A stretch of DNA of 64,000 nt from NCBI GenBank assembly GCA_964016885.1, contig OZ024740.1:423832001-423896000 (forward strand). The letters are read 5' to 3'. The notes beneath the pieces are model-generated. The model was not told where the DNA came from and did no database searches. It saw only the letters and a program-made list of their open reading frames with translations. Shown piece after piece: positions 54,432 to 64,000 of this stretch. The position numbers and the translations under genes were made by a program. Source of the stretch: Eledone cirrhosa. Lineage: Eukaryota. The first letter of the stretch is position 1; each line of letters begins with the position of its first letter.

Positions 54432-55200
54432 AACATGAACTAAAATAGGCTAATCTGTAACTGCTACTGTTGCACATCTGGTACAGTAACATCTATGTGA
54501 TATCTAGTATAGTAACATATGTACATGATACCATCTAAACGAGTGACATCTGTCACAATCACATTTTGACTAAATATTGTCACAGTTACAGCCATATGTA
54601 AAACAATTGTTAGAATCATATAAAGCAACATATAAAATAGCAACAACAACAATAATAACAATAACATGTAACAGTAACACATACATGTGACAGATAAACA
54701 TGTATAAGATACACACATATATACATACATATACTCTCTCACACAAACAACAATACCAACATATGGTAACATCTGGAACTATAACAGATGACATGTGGAC
54801 AACATCTGGAATGTAACAGCCACATGTAACAACAACACTGAACATGACATGACAACACCAACAACAGCAACAGCCATAAGGTAACAATAGTCAAAGGTTT
54901 AACAGCCTCATGTTACATGACAACACCAAAAAAAACAAAACAAAACCCAGCAATAGCCACATGTGACAACAACAGAATAAGAGTTACATGTAACAGCATC
55001 TAAAACTGTAAGAAACATTCATTATCTAAGAATATAAAGATGCCAACCACCTTACAAATGATCGACAAGAAGTGAAGTTTATCATGAACTTTTCTCATTA
55101 AATTAATTAGATAAACAAAGGAACAAATAAAGAATAATTGAAATAAGGCCGAGAGAGAGAAACCAAAAAATGGTTAGAAGACGGGAATTGAATGACTCAC

Positions 55201-55334
55201 CTGAGACTGGACATTCGCTCCAACTGATGTCTCGTTGCCCTGGTAACTATCACCGTTCAAATTCATATAGATGCTCTGTTGTTGACCTCCTAGTTGTGCT
55301 TGTGAAGACGCCACCATGTTATAACCTGAAACCC
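55201..55334 (-). CDS. pbx: Pbx/extradenticle post-homeodomain coding exon (equivalent to the alternatively spliced exon of vertebrate PBX1a)
   Basis: Minus strand reads tttttcag|GG GTT TCA...TCT CAG|gtgagt. The 134 nt translate as (G)VSGYNMVASSQAQLGGQQQSIYMNLNGDSYQGNETSVGANVQSQ, matching PBX1 'SLNGDSYQGAQVGANVQSQ'. Splice sites are canonical, phase 1 in and phase 0 out. Confidence 0.93.
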
Positions 55335-55767
55335 CTGAAAAAAAGTAAGACAACTCAGTTCTTTACATAAGAGGGAGGGGAGATGTCGGGGTGGGTTTTG
55401 GGTGGGCACAAAACCACTTTCTGCTGGAGGGGGGGGGGGGGGGGGGGATATGAAATCATGTGTTGAAACAGATATTGTTATATTTGTTCTGGTAATATTA
55501 GGACAACATGATCCTCCCCAAATATAACAATATCTATAATATTAGTTATCTTAAAGAAACCTTGTTATATTTGAGAACAATTTTTAAAGCTAGATACAGA
55601 CAATGTAGGAAGGTTATGGTAGCCGTGTACTATAGCAAAAAGAAAATGAATGTAATTGAGAGTGAATGTTTGCAAATTTGTAAAAGCAAAACACATTTGA
55701 TGTTTTGTTGATAAAAAAAATCAATTCTGTACACCATATAATGATACACACATATAATTATGTAAAT

Positions 55768-55887
55768 AATTGTTTCTACTTTAGGCACAAGGCCAGCAAT
55801 TACCCAGTACATTACTGGTACTTTATTTTATCGACCCCGTAAGGATGAAAGGCAAAGTTAACCTCGACGGGATTTGAACTCAGAATG
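55768..55887 (-). mobile_element. SINE family A, 5'-truncated
   Basis: Same family sequence. Confidence 0.8.
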
Positions 55888-56099
55888 ATTAGCTGCTAGA
55901 ATTAAATTTTAACAAAATGGTCGCCTGCTTGACCCTGGCAGGCAGTGGAACTTTTAACTATGATGACGATGATGTTGAATTGTGTTCCCTCCCCACCTCC
56001 TACCATATCCCTGATAGCTTTCCTGTCCAACCCATGCCTGCATGGAAAGCTGGACAAACCAATATACAGCCAAGTGCAGCTCACTCTCTTCCATTTCAC

Positions 56100-56610
56100 T
56101 CCCAAGATATGCCACTTGCTCTCCACAGTGCCAGTACAACAACAAGAAACACCCAGTCCACTCTGTAAGGTGATAGTGCTGGTGTCAAAATAAAGTATCT
56201 CTGAAAGGTTGTTGGGCTGGTGCCATGATGAAAAAGCATGCAGTCCACCCTGTTAGGTGGTTGTGCTGGTGCCATGACAAAAAAGCATCTAGTCCATCCT
56301 ACAAGATGGTTGTGCTGATGCCATGAATAAAAGAACCCCCAAAAAGCACCCAGTCCACCCTGTAAAATGGTTGCCACAACAAAAAACACCTGTCTACCCT
56401 GTACGGAGGTAGCACTGGTGGCACAAAGAAAAATCTCCCAGTACATGCTGTAATGTGGTTGACATTAGGAAAGGGATCCAAACTTAGAAAACCAAGTCAT
56501 AATTGGACAATTTGAGCAAGCTGTGGTCAACTAACCTGTCTGACCTTAAGACATGACAACCCATCAAACCCATGTAAGCATGGAAAATGAATATTGAAAG
56601 AAGGATGAAA
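56100..56610 (+). mobile_element. Old RTE-type 3' UTR with internally repeated aaagcacccagtccac...tgtaa units
   Basis: It ends in aacccatgtaagcatggaaaatgaatattgaaa, the same terminus as the other RTE copies. Confidence 0.65.
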
Positions 56611-57245
56611 GATATGTAATGTTATAGTTGTTAATAGTATGGATGTTAATGGTATGGTTGTTAATGATATAGTTGTTAATAGTATGGATGTTAATGGTAT
56701 GGTTGTTAATGTTATGGTTGTCAATGGTATGGTTGTCAATGGTATGGTTGTCAATGTTATGGATGTTAATGGTATGGTTGTCAATGGTATGGTTGTTAAT
56801 GGTATGGTTGTCAATGGTATGGTTGTCAATGATATGGTTGTCAATGATATGGTTGTCAATGGTATGGTTGTCAATGGTATGGTTGTCAATGATATGGTTG
56901 TCAATGGTATGGTTGTCAATGGTATGGTTGTTAATGGTATGGTTGTTAATGGTATGGTTGTCAATGTTATGGATGTTAAGGATATCGTTGTTAATGGTAT
57001 GGTTGTCAATGGTATGGTTGTCAATGTTATGGATGTTAATGGTATGGATGTTAAGGATATCGTTGTTAATGGTATGGTTGTCAATGGTTTGGTTGTCAAT
57101 GGTATGGATGTTAATGGTATGGATGTTAAGGATATCGTTGTCAATGGTATGGTTGTCAATGGTATGGTTGTCAATGGTATGAATGTTAAGGATATCGTTG
57201 TTAATGGTATGGTTGTCGATGTTAATGGTATAGTTGTTAATGGTA

Positions 57246-57531
57246 TCATCATCATCACTCGTCGACTACTGTCGAGATGATGGATCTCACTCTCACCCCC
57301 AGAATCCCGTCCTCCATCGCTGCCCCCAGGTCCTGTCTACTGATTCCCATATCCCTAGAGATAACGTCAGGGAATGACAGCTTCCTACTCCTAGTCAGGC
57401 TGGAGTCAGGGTTCCAGAGCAAGAGAGCGGATATGATTTCATTGCTGGCACGGTGACAGTGGCCAGCAAATTGAGCTGTCCGGGATTTTAGAAGGGCAGA
57501 GGCTCGAGGGAGTTTGCCATAGATTTTAGAC
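57246..57531 (-). mobile_element. 3' fragment of a second LINE family (RTE/RTEX-like)
   Basis: IYGKLPRASALLKSRTAQFAGHCHR...LLLWNP...SFPDVISRD, with the stop codon merging directly into a (tga)n tail. Confidence 0.75.
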
Positions 57532-59237
57532 AATGGTATAGTTGTTAATGGTATGGTTGTCAATGGTATGGTTGTCAATGGTATGAATGTTAATGGTATA
57601 GTTGTCAATGGTATGGATGTTAATGGTATGGATGTTAATGGTATAGTTGTCAATGGTATGGATGTTAATGGTATGGATGTTAATGGTATAGTTGTCAATG
57701 GTATGGATGTCAATGGTATGGATGTTAATGGTATGGATGTTAATGGTATGGATGTTAATGGTATGGATGTCAATGGTATGGATGTTAATGGTATGGATGT
57801 TAATGGTATAGTTGTCAATGGTATGGATGTTAATGGTATAGTTGTCAATGGTATGGATGTTAATGGTATGGATGTTAATGGTATAGTTGTCAATGGTATG
57901 GTAGTCAATGGTATGGATGTTAATGGTATAGTTGTCAATGGTATGGATGTTAATGGTATAGTTGTCAATGGTATGGATGTTAATGGTATGGATGTCAATG
58001 GTATGGATGTTAATGGTATGGATGTTAATGGTATGAATGTTAATGGTATAGTTGTCAATGGTATGGATGTTAATGGTATGGATGTCAATGGTATGGATGT
58101 TAATGGTATGGTTGTTAATGGTATAGTTGTCAATGGTATGGATGTTAATGGTATAGTTGTCAATGGTATGGATGTTAATGGTATGGATGTTAATGGTATG
58201 AATGTTAATGGTATAGTTGTCAATGGTATGGATGTTAATGGTATAGTTGTCAATGGTATGGTTGTTAATGGTATGGTTGTTAATGGTATGGTTGTCAATG
58301 GTATAGTTGTCAATGGTATGGATGTTAATGGTATAGTTGTCAATGGTGTGGATGTTAATGGTATAGTTGTCAATGGTATGGATGTTAATGGTATAGTTGT
58401 CAATGGTATGGATGTTAATGGTATAGTTGTCAATGGTATGGATGTTAATTGTATAGTTGTCAATGGTATGGATGTTAATGGTATAGTTGTCAATGGTATG
58501 GATGTTAATGGTATGGTTGTTAATGGTATAGTTGTCAATGGTATGGATGTTAATGGTATGGATGTCAATGGTATGGATGTTAATGGTATGGATGTTAATG
58601 GTATGAATGTTAATGGTATGGATGTTAATGGTATAGTTGTCAATGGTATGGATGTTAATGGTATGGATGTTAATGGTATAGTTGTCAATGGTATGGATGT
58701 TAATGGTATAGTTGTCAATGGTATGGATGTTAATGGTATAGTTGTCAATGGTATGGATGTTAATGGTATAGTTGTCAATGGTATGGATGTTAATGGTATG
58801 GTTGTTAATGGTATAGTTGTCAAAGGTATGGATGTTAATGGCATGGATGTCAATGGTATGGATATTAATGGTATGGATGTTAATGGTATGAATGTTAATG
58901 GTATGGTTGTCAATGGTATGGTTGTTAATGGTATGGTTGTCAATGGTATGGATGTTAATGGTATGAATGTTAATGGTATAGTTGTCAATGGTATGGTTGT
59001 CAATGGTATGGATGTTAATGTTATAGTTGTTAATGGTATAGTTGTTAATGGTATAGTTGTTAATGGTATGGTTGTCAATGGTATGAATGTTAATGGTATG
59101 GATGTTAATGGTATGGTTGTTAATTGTATGGTTGTCAATTGTATGGATGTTAATGGTATAGTTGTTAATGGTATGGATGTTAATGTTAATGTTATAGTTG
59201 TTAATGGTATGGATGTTAATGGTATGGTTGTCAATGT

Positions 59238-60536
59238 TCATCATCATCATCACCGTTTTACGTCCGTTCTTCCATGCTAGCATGGGTTAGACGGGTTGTC
59301 CTGTTGTGGGCAGTGCCTCGTTGGCTGACCATGCCTTGCTCATACAGGAACTGATTTAGCTCAATTTCTACAGCTGGATGCCCTTCCTAACACCAACCTC
59401 ATTTACAGTGAGTGCTGGGTGCTTTTTAGTTGTGCAAACACGTCCACTTTACAGTGTGGGCTGGGTGCTTTTTTGCCGTGCACCTCCACAACCACCTGGC
59501 GGTGGGGGGTGGGGGGCATATTGCCTATATGCTTAAGCTTGTACCCATGGGAGGTTGGATACTTCTGTAATACTGCGTGACGCCAGAGGTCACGGTCGTG
59601 TGTCATCGCCTTTGAGAGGTGTAATCGGGTAAGGTCGGCTTTTATCACCTTATCCCAGGTCATCTTGGGTCTCCCGACTCCGTGGTTTCCATCGACTTCT
59701 AGTGCTCTGCACCTTTTTATGCAGCTGTCATCCTTCATACGCATCACATGTCCATACCAGCGCAGCCGCCTCTCCTGCACAGAGCATTTGATTCCTCTTA
59801 TGCTCAGTCTCTCTCTCAATTCATTTATGCTTTGTCATTCACGTATATTACTGTTACACATCCACCGGAGCATGCAGGCTTCGTTTCTCTCTAATCTACG
59901 TAAGTTTTCCACCTTCAGCGCCCAGGTCTCACTACCATGCAACATCGCTGTTCGGATACACGCATCATACAGTCTGCCTTTCATTCTGAGGGAGAAGACT
60001 TTTGCAGCTAGCAGTGGTAGTAGTTCCCTAAACTTCTTCCATCACGTTCTTACCCTAGTTATTGTACTTTCTGAACACCCACCTCCGTTGCTAATTCGGT
60101 CACCTAGGTAGCAGAAGCTGTCTACTGTTTCTACAGGGCCCTCCAAGAGATTGGTGGTACTTGTTTCCTGTGGCAGTTTGCTGCTTACTGTTTCAGCACA
60201 GCTGCTGCATGTGAATCCTACATTCTTAATTAAGGTTCCTGAGATCCCGCTACATCTCTTGTGTACCCATTGTTTGCATTTGGGGCAGAGAATGGAGTTC
60301 CTACCTACACCTTTCCTACATACTGAGCAAGGCCATTTCCCTGAGGGGATCTGGGTTCTGTTTTCTCGTCTACTTACAATGACCTTAGTCTTTGTCATGT
60401 TGACTTTGAGACCCTTTCTTTCTAGTCCCTGCTTCCAAGTTTGGAATTTATTCTCTAGTTCTACCATAGATTCAGCTATAAGTGCGAGGTCATCAGCATA
60501 CAGGAGTTCCCATGGGCATCCGGTCTTAAACTCCTC
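59238..60536 (-). mobile_element. 5'-truncated RTE LINE including the RT YADD motif
   Basis: EEFKTGCPWELLYADDLALIAES...KVNMTKTKV, followed by a Cys-rich finger, FCYLGD and RRLRWYGHVMR. It has a (gat)n tail and one frameshift near 60040. Confidence 0.95.
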
Positions 60537-63500
60537 TGGTTGTCAATGGTATGGTTGTCAATGGTATAGTTGTCAATGGTATAGTTGTCAATGGTATGGA
60601 TGTTAATGGTATGGATGTTAATGGTATAGTTGTCAATGGTATGGATGTTAATGGTATGGATGTTAATGTTATAGTTGTCAATGGTATAGTGGTTAATGGT
60701 ATAGTTGTCAATGGTATAGTTGTCAATGGTATGGTAGTCAATGGTATGGTTGTCAATGGTATGGTTGTCAATGGTATGGTTGTCAATGGTATGGATGTTA
60801 ATGGTATGGTTGTCAATGGGATGGTTGCGAATGGTATGGTTGTGAATGGTATGGTTGTCAATGGTATGGATGTTAATGGTATAGTTGTTAATGGTATAGT
60901 TGTTAATGGTATAGTTGTCAATGGTATGGTTGTCAATGGTATGGATGTTAATGGTATGGTTGTCAATGGTATGGATGTTAATGGTATGGTTGTCAATGGG
61001 ATGGTTGCGAATGGTATAGATGTTAATGGTATGGATGTTAATGGTATAGTTGTTAATGGTATGGATGTTAATGTTATAGTTGTCAATGGTATGATGTTAA
61101 TGGTATGGATGTTAATGGTATGGTTGTCAATGGTATGGTTGTCAATGGTATGGTTGTCAATGGTATGGTTGTTAATGGTATGGTTGTCAATGGTATGGTT
61201 GTTAATGGTAGGGTTGTTAATGGTAGGGTTGTCAATGGTATAGTTGTTAATGGTATAGTTGTTAATGGTATGGTTGTTAATGATATGGTTGTTAATGGTA
61301 TGGTTGTCAATGGTATGGTTGTTAATGGTATGGTTGTTAATGGTATGGTTGTCAATGGTATTGATGTTAAAGGTATGGTAGTCAATGGTATGGATGTCAA
61401 TGGGATGGTTGTGAATGGTATGGTTGTGAATGGTATGGTTGTCAATGGTATGGATGTTAATGGTATGGATGTTAATGGTATAGTTGTTAATGGTATAGTT
61501 GTCAATGGTATGGTTGTCAATGGTATGGATGTTAATGGTATGGTTGTCAATGGTATGGTTGTGAATGGTATGGTTGTCAATGGTATGGATGTTAATGGTT
61601 TGGATGTTAATGGTATGGTTGTCAATGGTATGGTTGTCAATGGTATGGATGTTAATGGTATGGATGTTAATGGTATGGATGTTAATGTTATAGTTGTCAA
61701 TGGTATGGATGTTAATGGTATGGATGTTAATGGTATGGTTGTTAATAGTATGGTTGTCAATGGTATGGTTGTCAATGGTATGGTTGTCAATGGTATGGTT
61801 GTCAATGGTATGGTTGTCAATGGTATAGTTGTTAATGGTATAGTTGTTAATGGTATGGATGTTAATGGTATGGTTGTCAATGGTATAGTTGTTAATGGTA
61901 TGGTTGTTAATGGTATGGTTGTCAATGGTATGGTTGTTAATGGTATGGTTGTTAATGGTATAGTTGTCAATGGTATGGTTGTTAATGGTATGGTTGTTAA
62001 TGGTATAGTTGTTAATGGTATGGTTGTCAATGGTATAGTTGTTAATGGCATGGTTGTTAATGGTATGGTTGTTAATGGTATAGTTGTTAATGGTATGGTT
62101 GTCAATGGTATGGTTGTCAATGGTATAGTTGTTAATGGTATGGTTGTTAATGGTATAGTTAATGGTATGGTTGTTAATGGTATGGTTGTCAATGGTATGG
62201 ATGTTAATGGTATGGTTGTTAATGGTATAATTGTTAATGGTATGGATGTTAATGGTATGGTTGTTAATGGTATGGTTGTTAATGGTATGGTTGTTAATGG
62301 TATGGTTGTTAATGGTATAGTTGTCAATGGTATGGTTGTTAATGGTATAGTTGTTAATGGTATAGTTGTCAATGGTATGGATGTTAATGGTATGGTTGTC
62401 AATGGTATGGTCGTCAATGGTATGGTCGTCAATGGTATGGATGTTAATGGTATAGTTGTCAATGGTATGGATATTAATGGTATGGTTGTCAATGGGATGG
62501 TTGCGAATGGTATAGTTGTGAATAGTATGGTTGTCAATGGTATGGATGTTAATGGTATAGTTGTTAATGGGATGGATGTTAGTGTTATAGTTGTCAATGG
62601 TATAGTTGTCAATGGTATGGATGTTGATGGTATGGATGTTAATGGTGTGGATGTTGATGGTATGGTTGTCAATGGTATGGTTGTCACTGGTATGGTTGTC
62701 ACTGGTATGGTTGTCAATGTTATGGATGTTAAAGTTATGGTTGTTAATGGTATAGTTGTCAATGGTATGGATGTTAATGGTATGGTTGTTAATGGTATAG
62801 TTGTTAATGGTATAGTTGTCAATGGTATGTTTGTCAATTGTATGGTTGTCAATGGTATGGTTGTCAATGGTATGGATGTTAATGGTATAGTTGTTAATGG
62901 TATGGTTGTTAATGGTATGGATGTCAATGTTATGGTTGTTAATGGTATAGTTGTCAATGGTATGGTTGTCAATGGTATGGATGTTAATGGTATAGCTGTT
63001 AATGGTTTGGTTGTTAATGGTATAGTTGTTAATGGTATGGTTGTCAATGGTATGGATGTTAATGGTATGGTTGTTAATGGTATAGTTGTCAATGGTATAG
63101 TTGTTAATGGTATAGTTGTTAATGGTATAGTTGTTAATGGTATAGTTGTTAATGGTATGGTTGTCAATGGTATGGATGTTAATGGTATGGTTGTCAATGG
63201 TATGGATGTTAATGGTATGGTTGTCAATGGTATGGATGTTAATGATATAATTGTCAATGGTATGGTTGTTAATGGTATGGATGTTAATGGTATAGTTGTC
63301 AATGGTATGGATGTTAATGGTATGGTTGTCAATGGTATGGATGTTAATGATATAGTTGTTAATGGTATAATTGTCAATGGTATAGTTGTTAATGGTATGG
63401 ATGTTAATGGTATGTTTGTCAATGGTATGGTTGTCAATGGTATGGATGTAAATGGTATGGATGTTAATGGTATAGTGGTCAATGGTATGGATGTTAATGG

Positions 63501-64000
63501 TATGGATGTTAATGGGATGGTTGCGAATGGTATGGATGTTAATGGTATAGTTGTTAATGGTATGGATGTTAATGGTATAGTTGTTAATGGTATGGATGTT
63601 AATGTTATATGTGTCAATGGTATGGATGTTAATGGTATGGATGTTAATGGTATAGTTGTTAATGGTATGGATGTTAATGGTATGGTTGTTAATGGTATGG
63701 ATGTTAATGTTATAGTTGTCAATGGTATGGATGTTAATGGTATGGATGTTAATGGTATGGATGTTAATGTTATAGTTGTCAATGGTATGGATGTTAATGG
63801 TATGGATGTTAATGGTATGGATGTTAATGGTATGGTTGTCAATGGTATGGTTGGCAATGGTATAGTTAATGGTATGGATGTTAATGGTATGGTTGTCAAT
63901 GGTATAGTTGTTAATGGTATGGTTGTTAATGGTATGGTTGTCAATGGTATGGTTGTTAATGGTATGGTTCTTAATGGTATAGTTGTCAATGGTATAGTTG

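Larger units (their letters stand above)
20714..55200 (-). other. Pbx intron, 34,487 bp, GT-AG
   Basis: Bounded by donor gtgagt at 55200 and acceptor ctgtag at 20714; the two flanking exons join in frame. Confidence 0.85.
56617..64000. repeat. 15-bp minisatellite (aatggtatggttgtc)n, running off the window end and interrupted by two LINEs
   Basis: Directly visible. It produces the spurious TIPLT and VNGMV ORFs. Confidence 0.98.

Noticed and set aside
56527-63989. Mucin-like ORFs (TIPLT and VNGMV, up to 968 aa), including an in-frame fusion with a LINE C-terminus at 57255-59234
   Set aside because: A 15-bp repeat open on both strands and interrupted by LINEs. An in-frame fusion is expected by chance one time in three, and no splice signals were found.

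Overview
This is AT-rich, microsatellite-laden eukaryotic DNA. The SINE and RTE-LINE families suggest a cephalopod, probably Octopus (inference). It holds the 3' part of a minus-strand Pbx/extradenticle TALE-homeobox gene. Two exons are recognisable: 55201-55334 (...LNGDSYQG...VGANVQSQ) and 20570-20713 (VNALRHVISQTGGY...stop), separated by a 34.5 kb intron. A further 3' exon near 10168 is possible. The rest is intron or UTR filled with RTE, RTE-like and CRE LINE fragments, two tRNA-derived SINE families, TTAA (piggyBac-type) MITEs, a pogo-like relic and large minisatellites. The long ORFs in the track are repeat artefacts. The most notable unannotated signal is a dispersed set of short non-coding elements carrying type I hammerhead ribozyme motifs (CUGANGA...GAAA...UA, short or palindromic stem III), resembling those of Penelope-like elements and retrozymes. 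Most are fold-back palindromes and share a 'gtattgagtac'-like tail. One is a perfect hairpin with 164-bp arms that encodes a ribozyme on each strand. The other copies with an intact core all lie antisense to Pbx. All calls were made by eye, and repeat boundaries are approximate.
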